DNA of 62,476 nucleotides, filler included, from Candidatus Hydrogenedentota bacterium (GCA_040752395.1; 5 parts of 5 records of this genome joined end to end with filler, not necessarily neighbours in it), one strand, 5' to 3'; shown: positions 52,312 through 61,552, counted from the first letter of the whole stretch. The notes: generated by a model from the letters alone, not told the origin. Made by a program: numbers and translations.

Positions 52312-52908
52312 TTAGTAATTTAATGTTTGAGCTATGCTCTCGCATAAAAGTCTTGTAAGATAATCTATATCAGTAGTGACCTTCCATGCGTCCTGCGAAG
52401 GTACTAAAGCCTGTATTTCAGCATCCTGACCATAAAATATCTCTTCACACGCCCATAGATTGTTACCTGTTTCAACATCAACCAATCTTACTGCAAGTCC
52501 GCAAACAGGGTTTCGTAACGAGGGGTCATATTTAATGACAGAGCCTACAAATAGACCCTCTACACCGAGTATTTTACCAAAGGATTGATAATCTTTATCA
52601 TCTTTTAATTTCTGTTCGTTTACTATTTTTTCTATCTGGTTTCTCTCAACGACATCAAATCTTCCTGTTTTTAAAACCTGTATGGAGAACTCATCCGAGA
52701 TATGTGTTCCTATGTTTCCGCTGCGAGCATAATTCCTGAAAGGCAGCACAGCCACACGCATTTTTGTAATGCCTTTCATTGCAAATGATTCAGCTATCCC
52801 AAAATTAGTTGAGGTATGAGGACGCGTCTCAATAAGTGAACGCGTACAACCTGAAATAAAAATCAGCCCTGCTAATATAATAGAAATTTTGAAAAGTTGT
52901 TTTAACAT
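52312..52908 (-). CDS. CsgG/HfaB (DUF799-like) lipoprotein
   Basis: ISGC lipobox; VAVLPF.N, F.VVER.QI..I..EQ, RLVDVETG. Confidence 0.78.
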   Translation of the reverse strand: MLKQLFKISIILAGLIFISGCTRSLIETRPHTSTNFGIAESFAMKGITKMRVAVLPFRNYARSGNIGTHISDEFSIQVLKTGRFDVVERNQIEKIVNEQKLKDDKDYQSFGKILGVEGLFVGSVIKYDPSLRNPVCGLAVRLVDVETGNNLWACEEIFYGQDAEIQALVPSQDAWKVTTDIDYLTRLLCESIAQTLNY

Positions 52909-53035
52909 CTCGTTTCACGAAATATTGAACTATATTAATCTCAATTATTATTTTCGGCTGAACTTATTAAATACTTTACATAATTCTTAAAGATTGAAAG
53001 ATTATTTCTGCATTCTGAAATTTTTAAAGGATGTT

Positions 53036-53077
53036 GGCTTCAGGCTACGGGCTACAGCCGGCTGGAGCCGGAAGCCT
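53036..53077 (-). repeat. Short GGCTAC/CAGCCGGCTGGAGCC module of the repeat family
   Basis: CAGGCTACGGGCTACAGCCGGCTGGAGCC. Confidence 0.8.
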
Positions 53078-53196
53078 ATTTATCTATTTGTTTTTCGTCC
53101 GAACCATTTCTGAAAAGATCATCACCGATTTTTTCAATAAATCTTTTTGGATAAAATATTAAAGATTTTATAACCATCTCAGGGAAACCTGCTTTG
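53076..53196 (-). CDS. Probable 3' end of an unidentified gene cut by gap
   Basis: Open frame KAGFPEMVIK...EKQIDK ending in TAG that abuts the repeat. Confidence 0.35.
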
Positions 53197-53296
53197 NNNN
53201 NNNNNNNNNNNNNNNNNNNNNNNNNNNNNNNNNNNNNNNNTTAATTAATTAANNNNNNNNNNNNNNNNNNNNNNNNNNNNNNNNNNNNNNNNNNNN
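53197..53296. other. Assembly gap with artificial linker
   Basis: N-run with TTAATTAATTAA. Confidence 0.98.
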
Positions 53297-55966
53297 CCAC
53301 TTATGCTGGAACTTACAAATAATCCCAATATGACCATACTTGCTTTTACTGAAGTGAAAAGTATCGAGGGGTCTTGTGGAAATTTTAAAATCAAAATAAC
53401 AAAGAAACCTAGATATGTTGATGCGGCAAAATGTACAGCCTGTACAGATTGTTTCCAGGTTTGTCCGGTAGGCGATGTACCGATGGAATTCAATTTTGGT
53501 CGCGGTAGTACTAAAGCTATTTTTTTCTATTCTCCGTTTCCACCACGAAAAGCATTAATTAACCCTGAAAAATGTACGTATATTACTAACAAAAAATGCG
53601 GTGATGGAGATAAACCTCTATGCGTAGAAGCATGTAAACCAGAGGCTATTGATTTCTCACAAAAACCTCAGGAGATAGAGATAAATGTCGGTGCAGTTGT
53701 GCTGGCTTGCGGGGCTGATGAAACAAAAGATGAGTCTCTATCTAAATATGGATACAAAAAATATCCTGATGTACTTACATCACTTGAGTTTGAACGACTG
53801 CTTTCCGGTCTTGGACCAACTGGCGGAATAGTTAAACGTGCTAATGAAAAAGAACCACGGTCCATAACATTTATTGTTACTGATGATTCTTATCCTGTAT
53901 ATTTTATGTCAGCTGTTGCTGAAGCACTGGGAGTTATTGAAAAAAATCCGGATACTAAAATATCTATTATTTATAAAAATGTTTCATTACAAAAGGATTC
54001 TTACGAGGATTTTTATAAAAAATCTCAAGACAAAGGTATCCGGTTTATCTGTACGGATTCCATAGATACCATAACCGTTACTGAACAAGAAAACCGTAGT
54101 CTCAATATTTCTTATACTAAGCCGGATAAAACAAAAGAAAATTTGAACACAGAGATGCTTGTTCTAACCATACCTCTTTCCGTGTCTTCAAAAAACAAAA
54201 AACTTCTGGAAAAGAGCGGAGATGGAATCTTTGTTTGCGGGACTATGCACTCGGTTGGAGGTATCGATGACGCACTTATACAAGCATGTTCTGCTGCTGC
54301 TAAATGCAGCGAACTACTTTCTTCACTAAGAAATACAGAGACTCTGGCGCCACCTAAAAGAGAATTTTTGCCGGTAAAACCAGAAGATGAACCCTCGATT
54401 GCAGTGATTATATGTCGATGCGGATTAAACATCGCAGGGTTGCTTGATATGGATGAACTTGTTAAATACACAGTATCTCTACCGTATGTAAAACATGTTG
54501 AAGTAACCCCGTTTGGATGCGATGGCGTGAAACTCAAGGAATTACTGCAGACTAATAAATTTAACCGTATTGTGATGGGGGCATGTTCTCCTAAAACTCA
54601 CGAGTTTTTATTCGGTATGCATTCAGAAACCGCAGGTTTGAACCGGTATCTTATTGAAATAGTTAACCTACGCAACCATTGTACCTGGGTTCATTCTAAA
54701 AATAAAAAACAGGCTACCGAAAAATCAAAAATACTTATGAAAATGGGGGTAAGCCGTGCAGCACTGCTGGAATCACTGGAAGATATTCAGATACCTGTTA
54801 CTTCGAGTTGTCTTGTGGTTGGAGGTACTCAAGCTGGTATTACCTGCGCATCCAAACTTGCCAATATGGGATTTCAGACCCATCTTGTAGAAAACGGGAC
54901 CGATTTGAAAGGAATAGAGAATATGGGCCCGAATGTAAAGGTGTATAAAGGAGCTAAAATAGGGGATATAAAAGGTTATATTGGAAACTATGAATCAGAA
55001 ATAGTAACCCCGAACGGAAATATACATATAGATACAGGTGCTATAGTAATAACTACGGCTAAGGATATGAAAGCATCAGGTACCGATTATGAAAAAGACC
55101 TTGCTTTGCAGAGAGATGAAAGAAATCTGTTTGTGCCGACATTGGGAATTTTAAATCTGCTTGATACCAATACGGACGGTGTATTTATATGCGGTGATGC
55201 AAGAATAAGATCTCTCAATGTTCAGGAATTAAGTATCGAAGGAGAAGCAGCATCTTCCAGGGTCGCAGGCATTATTTCCAAAAATATAATAATTAAATCG
55301 CCTACAATCTCGTTTGTGGTGGATGAAAACTGTGATGGTTGTGCATATTGTGTGGAACCCTGTCCTTCTAATGCAGTAACACTTATTGAATATCTGCGTC
55401 AGGGACAGATTAAAAAGACAGTTGATATCAATGAAGCGATCTGTAAAGGATGCGGGATCTGTATGGCTACCTGCCCCAAAAAAGGCGTATTTATCAGACA
55501 TTTTAAACCTGAATATTTTGATGCAATGACTAAATCTCTTGAACCACGGCCAGAAGAACAGTTTGAACCAACAATTCTTACGTTCTGCTGCAACTGGTGT
55601 TCCTATGCCGCGGCCGATGCTGCAGGTACCGCACGATTACAGTATCCTTCCAATGTATATATTGTCCGGGCTATGTGCACAGGTATGATACATCCGAATA
55701 TGATAATGGATGCCTTAAACCAGGGACTGGCGGACGGTGTTCTTGTGTGCGGCTGCCACATCGGCGATTGTCACTACCAGGAAGGCAACAAAAAAGCAGA
55801 AAAGCGGGCTGAAGCAATCAGACTTATGCTTGAAGACTTCGGTTTAGAACAGGAACGATTCAGGTTAGAATGGGTCTCGGCTTCTGAAGGACCAAAGTTT
55901 GCAGAAGTTGTAAAAGAGATGACTGAGACCGTTAAAAAATTAGGACCAAACCCCTACAGAAGTTAA
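53297..55966 (+). CDS. HdrA-like Fe-S flavoprotein fused to an MvhD/FlpD domain, 5' truncated
   Basis: KPRYVD..KC.AC..C..VCP, EFERLLS..GPTGG, ICRCG.NI, ACSP..HE, NLR.HC.WVH, ferredoxin CxxCxxC; C-terminal FCCNWCSY.AAD...GCH.GDCHY..GN. Confidence 0.88.
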   Translation, partial: PLMLELTNNPNMTILAFTEVKSIEGSCGNFKIKITKKPRYVDAAKCTACTDCFQVCPVGDVPMEFNFGRGSTKAIFFYSPFPPRKALINPEKCTYITNKKCGDGDKPLCVEACKPEAIDFSQKPQEIEINVGAVVLACGADETKDESLSKYGYKKYPDVLTSLEFERLLSGLGPTGGIVKRANEKEPRSITFIVTDDSYPVYFMSAVAEALGVIEKNPDTKISIIYKNVSLQKDSYEDFYKKSQDKGIRFICTDSIDTITVTEQENRSLNISYTKPDKTKENLNTEMLVLTIPLSVSSKNKKLLEKSGDGIFVCGTMHSVGGIDDALIQACSAAAKCSELLSSLRNTETLAPPKREFLPVKPEDEPSIAVIICRCGLNIAGLLDMDELVKYTVSLPYVKHVEVTPFGCDGVKLKELLQTNKFNRIVMGACSPKTHEFLFGMHSETAGLNRYLIEIVNLRNHCTWVHSKNKKQATEKSKILMKMGVSRAALLESLEDIQIPVTSSCLVVGGTQAGITCASKLANMGFQTHLVENGTDLKGIENMGPNVKVYKGAKIGDIKGYIGNYESEIVTPNGNIHIDTGAIVITTAKDMKASGTDYEKDLALQRDERNLFVPTLGILNLLDTNTDGVFICGDARIRSLNVQELSIEGEAASSRVAGIISKNIIIKSPTISFVVDENCDGCAYCVEPCPSNAVTLIEYLRQGQIKKTVDINEAICKGCGICMATCPKKGVFIRHFKPEYFDAMTKSLEPRPEEQFEPTILTFCCNWCSYAAADAAGTARLQYPSNVYIVRAMCTGMIHPNMIMDALNQGLADGVLVCGCHIGDCHYQEGNKKAEKRAEAIRLMLEDFGLEQERFRLEWVSASEGPKFAEVVKEMTETVKKLGPNPYRS

Positions 55967-55975
55967 TAAACACAA

Positions 55976-56071
55976 ATAGATGACAAAACTGAAAAATTTG
56001 TTAACGAACTGCAGGAAACTATTATTGAAGAAACAATAAAAAAGTATCCAAAGGAGATTTTCAAAATATAG
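55976..56071 (+). pseudogene. N-terminal remnant of a NifU-like Fe-S scaffold gene
   Basis: (ATA)DDKTEKFVNELQETIIEETIKKYPKEIF resembles N-termini of NifU-like proteins found in such clusters; early stop. Confidence 0.35.
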
Positions 56072-56082
56072 GGTTATGAGTT

Positions 56083-56934
56083 ATGCAGAAAAGTAAAGAA
56101 GAGTATTATAAGGAACAGGATAATCGAATCAATACCAGAATGAGTAAAATAAAACATACCATTCTGGTGATGAGTGGTAAAGGCGGCGTAGGTAAATCCA
56201 CGGTCGCAGTAAATTTAGCATACGCTTTATGCCTTGAAAACTATGAAGTGGGTATTCTTGATGTGGATATCCATGGACCTAATATAGCAAAAATGTTGGG
56301 TATAGAGAACAGACAGATTGGCGTGACTGGTATTGATATAGAACCTGTAAAAGTTCTACCTAACTTGAAAGCAGTAAGTCTGGCGGTTATAGGAGTTGGG
56401 GTTAACCAGGCAATAATTTGGCGTGGCCCTATGAAAGCAAACATGATAAGACAGTTTTTAAGTGACGTGAACTGGGAAGAACTGGATTTTTTGATAATCG
56501 ATTCGCCACCAGGTACAGGTGACGAACCATTGAGCGTATGTCAACTCATACCCAATATCAGCGGCATTATCATAGTCACTACTCCGCAAGACCTTGCCAT
56601 ACTTGATGCACTCCGAAGCATTGCGTTTGCTAAAACAATCGATAAACCGGTAATCGGCATTATAGAGAATATGAGTGGGTTCGTATGCCCACATTGTAAA
56701 AAAGAGATAGATATTTTTAAGAAAGGTGGCGGAGAAAAACTTGCCGATAAGATGAAAGTACCTTTTCTTGGTCGTATACCGTTTGAACCAAAATTTGTTG
56801 AGTTTGGTGACCGCGGTATGCCGTTCGCATCAAGAGCCGAAAGTTCGGTTGACCAGGGATTATCCTCAAACAGTTTTGCCCCCATTGTGCACAGAATTAA
56901 ACAATTTGTGGAACATAAAAGTGTATGCAGATAG
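56083..56934 (+). CDS. Mrp/NBP35 (ApbC) Fe-S carrier ATPase
   Basis: SGKGGVGKST, DVDIHGP, WRGP, DSPPGTGDE, ENMS.F.CPHC. Confidence 0.93.
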   Translation: MQKSKEEYYKEQDNRINTRMSKIKHTILVMSGKGGVGKSTVAVNLAYALCLENYEVGILDVDIHGPNIAKMLGIENRQIGVTGIDIEPVKVLPNLKAVSLAVIGVGVNQAIIWRGPMKANMIRQFLSDVNWEELDFLIIDSPPGTGDEPLSVCQLIPNISGIIIVTTPQDLAILDALRSIAFAKTIDKPVIGIIENMSGFVCPHCKKEIDIFKKGGGEKLADKMKVPFLGRIPFEPKFVEFGDRGMPFASRAESSVDQGLSSNSFAPIVHRIKQFVEHKSVCR

Positions 56935-57761
56935 CAATAGTGTCAGGCAAGGGTGGAGCTGGGAAGACCATCATTTGTTTATCTTTGGCGTATTCTTTGA
57001 AAAGTGACGTTACTGTACTTGATGCAGATGTAGAGGAACCGGACATATCACTGCTTGCTCAAGGCACGTCGTACGAGGAAACAAAGGTAGAAGTGAAGGT
57101 GCCAGTTGTGGATCAACAAAAATGTACCTCCTGTCGGTCATGTATCACTGTATGTAAATGGAATGCCCTGGCTCTGGTTCCGAATAACAAAGTGCTGGTT
57201 TTTGAAGACCTGTGTAGGTCGTGTACTACCTGCTGGAAACTTTGCCCGAGCGGAGCAATCACTGTTAAAGAGAAAGTAATCGGTGTTATACGACATTTTA
57301 CCCGACGTAACGTACATTTTAAAACCGGTATACTCAAGGTAGGCGAACAATTTACTGCACCGATTATATGGCAGTTAAAAACAGGATTGGTTGATAGCAT
57401 AGTAATAATTGATTGTCCACCCGGAGCAGGACAGAACATATATGAAACCTTACACAAGGTTGATTTTTGCATTATTATAGTGGAACCCACACGCTTTGGT
57501 ATCTTTGATTTTTATCGTATTTATGAGGTGATAAAACAGATGGGTATCCCAGCTGGAATTATTGTCAATAAAAAAAGAGGCAGTATCGAGAACTTGAAAC
57601 AGGAATTGGGGTTACCTGTTTTATTGGAGATCCCATTCCAAAAAGATTATTACAGCAAGTTATCGCCGGTTCGGACGCTTGTTGATATAGATGAAACCTA
57701 TTATAAAAAGTTTAGAGAGCTTTATATGAGCATTACAGCAAAGAATTGGAAAAATATATGA
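56925..57761 (+). CDS. MinD-superfamily P-loop ATPase with inserted 2x[4Fe-4S] ferredoxin
   Basis: SGKGG.GKT, DADVEEP, two CxxCxxCxxxC, DCPPG, EPT.FG. Confidence 0.85.
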   Translation: MQIAIVSGKGGAGKTIICLSLAYSLKSDVTVLDADVEEPDISLLAQGTSYEETKVEVKVPVVDQQKCTSCRSCITVCKWNALALVPNNKVLVFEDLCRSCTTCWKLCPSGAITVKEKVIGVIRHFTRRNVHFKTGILKVGEQFTAPIIWQLKTGLVDSIVIIDCPPGAGQNIYETLHKVDFCIIIVEPTRFGIFDFYRIYEVIKQMGIPAGIIVNKKRGSIENLKQELGLPVLLEIPFQKDYYSKLSPVRTLVDIDETYYKKFRELYMSITAKNWKNI

Positions 57762-58633
57762 AGGTTAAACAGATAACCGTGTTGAGCGGTAAAGGTGGAA
57801 CAGGTAAAACCACGATCGCATGTTCTCTTGCTCGAATACTGGAACAATGTGTACTGATTGATGCAGACGCTGATTGTCCGGACGTAGCAGGATATATGAC
57901 AGGTACCAAAGTAGCGTCTGTTCCTGTAAAAGGTATGGGTCTCTCCGCACGAATAACAGATGAATGCATAGGTTGTGGAATATGCATCGAATCGTGCCAG
58001 TTCAAAGCCATATATGTGGATAGAGAATCGCATAAAGCACATATTATAGATTATCTATGTCGCGGATGCGAGTTATGCTCGTTTGTATGTCCGGTTGATG
58101 CTGTGTACATTGTTTCGTCACCAACCGGTGAGATAAATATTTCTCTGACTCAAAAAGGAGCAGTAATCTCACCGGTTATAACACAAGCCCAGGGCTCAGC
58201 TAAAATTATCACAATTATGAAAATAATTGGTCAGGAGATATGTTTTAAAACCGGATTGCAGTATATAGTGATTGACGGCCCGCCTGGTATCGGCTGCAAC
58301 GTGATAGCAGCTTTAACCGGAGCAGATGTTTCATTAATTATAATTGAGCCGACTGTTAGTGCTCTTTTTGATTTAAAACGTGTATTAAGTTTAATAGAAC
58401 ATTTTAAAATATCTGTTTGTGTATGCATCAATAAATCAGGAATAAATCAACCGATTGAACAAGAAATTGAAACGTTCTGCACTGAAACAGGTACTCCGAT
58501 TATCGCTCGTATCCCTTTTAACGAAAAAATTATAGATTTTGTTGATCAGGGGAATTATTTATCTGATTTTCCTGACAAACGTATAACCACAGCAGTATTT
58601 GAGATTATTTCGAGGATTACCGGGAGTAAATAA
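57758..58633 (+). CDS. MinD-superfamily P-loop ATPase with inserted ferredoxin (paralogue)
   Basis: SGKGGTGKT, two CxxCxxCxxxC, DGPPGIGC, EPT.S...DL.R. Confidence 0.85.
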   Translation: MKVKQITVLSGKGGTGKTTIACSLARILEQCVLIDADADCPDVAGYMTGTKVASVPVKGMGLSARITDECIGCGICIESCQFKAIYVDRESHKAHIIDYLCRGCELCSFVCPVDAVYIVSSPTGEINISLTQKGAVISPVITQAQGSAKIITIMKIIGQEICFKTGLQYIVIDGPPGIGCNVIAALTGADVSLIIIEPTVSALFDLKRVLSLIEHFKISVCVCINKSGINQPIEQEIETFCTETGTPIIARIPFNEKIIDFVDQGNYLSDFPDKRITTAVFEIISRITGSK

Positions 58634-58665
58634 ACCATATTAGTAAAAGGAGGGATTTTTTTATT

Positions 58666-59037
58666 ATGAAAATCGTAGTAACAGCTTTAGGAGCCAGATT
58701 GGATTCACGAATTGACCCAAGGTTCGGAAGATGTCAGTATCTGATTATTTATGATACTGAAACCAAAACTTTTGAGTCAATTGCTAACGAGAATGTGATG
58801 GCTGGTGGTGGTGCGGGTATCAAAACCGCACAGTATGTCGTTGATAAAGGTGTGGTGGCGGTAATTACCGGAAATGTCGGTCCCAATGCTTACAGGGTTT
58901 TATCACAAGCAGGGATAAAAATTGCAGTGAATGCAGATGGTACGGTCAACGATATGATTAATAAGTTCATAGAAGGTTCGTTGAAATTCGCTTCAGACGC
59001 TACAGTTTCAGACCATTTCGGGATATCAAACAAGTAG
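58666..59037 (+). CDS. NifB/NifX-family FeMo cofactor-binding-like protein
   Basis: DPRFGRC, GAGI..AQ, ITGNVGPNA. Confidence 0.88.
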   Translation: MKIVVTALGARLDSRIDPRFGRCQYLIIYDTETKTFESIANENVMAGGGAGIKTAQYVVDKGVVAVITGNVGPNAYRVLSQAGIKIAVNADGTVNDMINKFIEGSLKFASDATVSDHFGISNK

Positions 59038-59040
59038 TAC

Positions 59041-59763
59041 ATGAACACTTTATATGATGATCTGTTAAACTGTATCCAGAATGAAACAGTAACCGAGGTT
59101 TATATCGGGATACATACAACCGCAGTGGTTAGCTGTCAATGCGGGCTTGCTTCCACGATGTATTTTTCCTGTCATAACCATACACACAGCATAGAGGATG
59201 CTGGTAGTCTTGTTGGTAAAACCAGTATTGAGTTAGCTGGAGGCATAAAATCAGATTTTATTCTTCAGGCATCGCTCGGTATGGCAGCGATTAATTCGGC
59301 ACTTGACTTGAACGGTCTTGGGTTTGTTTCTGTTAATGCGGAACAACTAATACTGGAAAAAGGTGCAGATAAAACCGTTGCTGTTATAGGCCATTTCCCG
59401 TTTGTAGACCGATTAAAAACAAAAGTAAGAAAGATATACGTATTCGAGCTGGAAGGAAGAGAAAAAGAACACGATCTTTTACCACAGGATATGCCTGAAG
59501 TATTACCATCGGCTAATGTAGTGGCAATAACAGCCACGAGTCTTATAAACCATACTTTTTTTGACATAATGAAGTATATTCAGAAAAAAGCATACAAAAT
59601 TATGCTTGGACCATCTACACCATTAACCAGAATTATGTTTGATTATGACATAGATGCTTTGTGTGGAGTAATTGTTGAGAGAAAAGAAACGTTGTTACAA
59701 GGGATTAAACAGGGTTGCAGTTTTCGTAAATTACAGGGCAAGAAAATGGTAACTCTGATGTAG
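59041..59763 (+). CDS. DUF364 family Rossmann-like protein
   Basis: CGLAST, GMAAINS, VIGHFP, IT..SLINHT, LGPSTP. Confidence 0.82.
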   Translation: MNTLYDDLLNCIQNETVTEVYIGIHTTAVVSCQCGLASTMYFSCHNHTHSIEDAGSLVGKTSIELAGGIKSDFILQASLGMAAINSALDLNGLGFVSVNAEQLILEKGADKTVAVIGHFPFVDRLKTKVRKIYVFELEGREKEHDLLPQDMPEVLPSANVVAITATSLINHTFFDIMKYIQKKAYKIMLGPSTPLTRIMFDYDIDALCGVIVERKETLLQGIKQGCSFRKLQGKKMVTLM

Positions 59764-59786
59764 TGCGATGCACCGCTACATAAAGA

Positions 59787-59857
59787 ATGAAAAATTTTAA
59801 ATTTTTAATTTCAATTTTGCATTTTGATTTTTGAATTTTACATTTTTTTGTAGGAGG
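59787..59857 (+). repeat. AT-rich degenerate heptamer tract ending at an AGGAGG SD
   Basis: ATTTTAA/ATTTTTA/ATTTTGC/ATTTTGA units then GTAGGAGG. Confidence 0.5.
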
Positions 59858-59865
59858 TATGTACA

Positions 59866-60264
59866 ATGCGATTAGCAATATCAACAGACGGAAATTATGT
59901 ATCTGCCCATTTTGGCAGGTGTCCCTCTTTCACTATTGTAGAGATTGAACAAGACCAATTGGTCAAAAAATATGAGATTGAAAACCCTGGACATCATCCA
60001 GGCTTTCTGCCGCAGTTTTTACAGGAAAAAGGTGTGGAATGTATTATTGCTGGCGGAATGGGTATGAGAGCAACTGAACTTTTTGCTCAATTCGGTATAA
60101 AAACAGTAGTTGGGATAACAGGACGTATTGATGATGTGATTGCAGAAGTTATGAATGGCACATTAAGAGGCGGTGAAAGTCTTTGCAAGCCGGGTGCAGG
60201 CAAAGGATACGGTGTGGATAAAACAGTATGCGAACACCATGACGACAAAGAACATAGTAAATAA
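59866..60264 (+). CDS. NifB/NifX-family protein
   Basis: VSAHFGRCP, NPGH.PG.LP, IAGGMG.RA. Confidence 0.88.
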   Translation: MRLAISTDGNYVSAHFGRCPSFTIVEIEQDQLVKKYEIENPGHHPGFLPQFLQEKGVECIIAGGMGMRATELFAQFGIKTVVGITGRIDDVIAEVMNGTLRGGESLCKPGAGKGYGVDKTVCEHHDDKEHSK

Positions 60265-60279
60265 AAAGAAAGATTTCTT

Positions 60280-60459
60280 ATGAAAAAGATTTTACTTTAT
60301 CCTTTAGCGTTTGTCTGCATAATATGTCCGATATGCATTATTTCTCGTGCAAAACCTGATTCAGGTTTTGCAAAATTTGTTAAAGGATTATCTGGAATTT
60401 GTCCGTTCTGCCAGACATACAACAGGATTAAAAAAGATGCCGAATTTCAAAAAGATTGA
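60280..60459 (+). CDS. Small Cys-rich protein (59 aa; CxxCPxC...CPFC)
   Basis: Own translation MKKILLYPLAFVCIICPICIISRAKPDSGFAKFVKGLSGICPFCQTYNRIKKDAEFQKD. Confidence 0.55.
   Translation: MKKILLYPLAFVCIICPICIISRAKPDSGFAKFVKGLSGICPFCQTYNRIKKDAEFQKD
60331..60414 (+). repeat. 84-bp direct repeat, copy 1
   Basis: Identical to 61553-61636. Confidence 0.9.
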
Positions 60460-60495
60460 CAGAGCAAGAAGGTTACTAAATTTAAAGAAGCTATC
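60437..60495 (+). pseudogene. 5' stub of a DnaJ-domain paralogue
   Basis: MPNFKKIDRARRLLNLK vs MTDFKQIDRARKLLNLK at 61905. Confidence 0.65.
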
Positions 60496-60643
60496 AGAAT
60501 AAAATTTTTGTGGACATCCATACCAACATATTGTATTGTACTCATATGCGTGACCTCCTCTGTATAGGTCATCAATTGTTTTTATCTTTTTTTGACAACC
60601 TACACTATATTTTTAATGAATCTCGGTCACGCCATATTGTCTA
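60488..60643 (-). mobile_element. IS110-family remnant: left non-coding end plus first ~19 transposase codons
   Basis: GGAGG SD then MSTIQYVGMDVHKNFILIA; inverted repeat GCGTGACC/GGTCACGC at 60548-60555 and 60625-60632. Confidence 0.7.
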
Positions 60644-60696
60644 TAAATTAATCTAATGTTAGGTTTCTATAAAATCCAAGAAGTGGAGGTGAAACA

Positions 60697-60909
60697 ATGG
60701 AGTCAAGTAAGACCGTACTAGAAAAGGCTCTACAATTGAAACCGCAAGAAAGGTTTGTTGTCATCGATGGTCTTTTGTTGAGTCTTGATGAACCAGATAA
60801 AAAGATTGATGAAATTTGGGACATTGAGGCTGAAAAGCGGCTTGCTGCCTATAGAAGTGGCAAATTAAAGGGTGTTCCATCTGAAGAGGTCTTTGGTGAA
60901 AAAATATAG
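60697..60909 (+). CDS. Addiction module antitoxin (TIGR02574-like)
   Basis: AL.L...ER, LL.SLD.PD..ID..W..EAE.RL.AY..G. Confidence 0.85.
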   Translation: MESSKTVLEKALQLKPQERFVVIDGLLLSLDEPDKKIDEIWDIEAEKRLAAYRSGKLKGVPSEEVFGEKI

Positions 60910-61213
60910 GACGAAAGTAATCTTCAATGAACTTGCGAAATATGAATTTGAAGATGCTGTTGAATTTTATGAACTTGAGCAGCCAGGGTTGGGTGGAAGA
61001 TTTAAGGAAGAAATAAAGAAATCCATCAAGAGAATTGTTGAGTATCCTAATGCTTGGCCTGTAGAGAGAGGAGAGATAAGGAGATACTTAGTTCATAAGT
61101 TTCCTTATAAAATCTTGTATTCAATCGAAAAAGATCATATTTGCATTATCGCAATAGCACATCAGCATCGAAGACCCAATTATTGGATTGATCGTATCAT
61201 TGATAAAACCTAA
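60896..61213 (+). CDS. RelE/ParE-family toxin
   Basis: A..E..DA..FYE....GLG.RF, FPY.I.Y, IIAIAHQ.RRP.YW; GTG start. Confidence 0.85.
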   Translation: MKKYRTKVIFNELAKYEFEDAVEFYELEQPGLGGRFKEEIKKSIKRIVEYPNAWPVERGEIRRYLVHKFPYKILYSIEKDHICIIAIAHQHRRPNYWIDRIIDKT

Positions 61214-61265
61214 CAAATCGTTGTAGCGGACCCCCTAAACGTCGCCGTTGAAGCTATGGTTAGAC
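61208..61265 (+). other. Integron attC-like recombination site (58 bp)
   Basis: R'' ACCTAAC overlapping the toxin stop, imperfect inner palindrome, R' GTTAGAC; complementary GTTAGGT at 60658-60664. Confidence 0.7.
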
Positions 61266-61266
61266 T

Positions 61267-61500
61267 TACCTTGGCCTTGAATGGCTGAAGAAAACAAGAG
61301 GTACTTCTCTAAAAGGTCTTGATATTAGTCCTGATATGATAAAAATTGCAAAAAGAAATGCAGAGGAATATGGATTGATAGATAGGGTTGAGTATGTTCA
61401 AAGTGATGCAAATATGTCAAATCAAATTGTTTATGAATTTAGTGAGACTGCTAAAAAATATTTTAAAGATATTAATATCTCAATAATAGATGTTTTTTAA
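61267..61500 (+). pseudogene. Internal fragment of a class I SAM-dependent methyltransferase
   Basis: YLGLEWLKKT..LKGLDISPDMIKIAKRNA...RVEYVQSDA with no start codon. Confidence 0.65.
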
Positions 61501-61552
61501 AGGATATTTTAGATATTCTGTTCGTATAATATATGGAAAATAATTATGTCCC

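Noticed and set aside
58666-60264. Nitrogen fixation inferred from NifB/NifX-family genes
   Set aside because: These small domains are widespread in non-diazotrophs and no nifHDK is present
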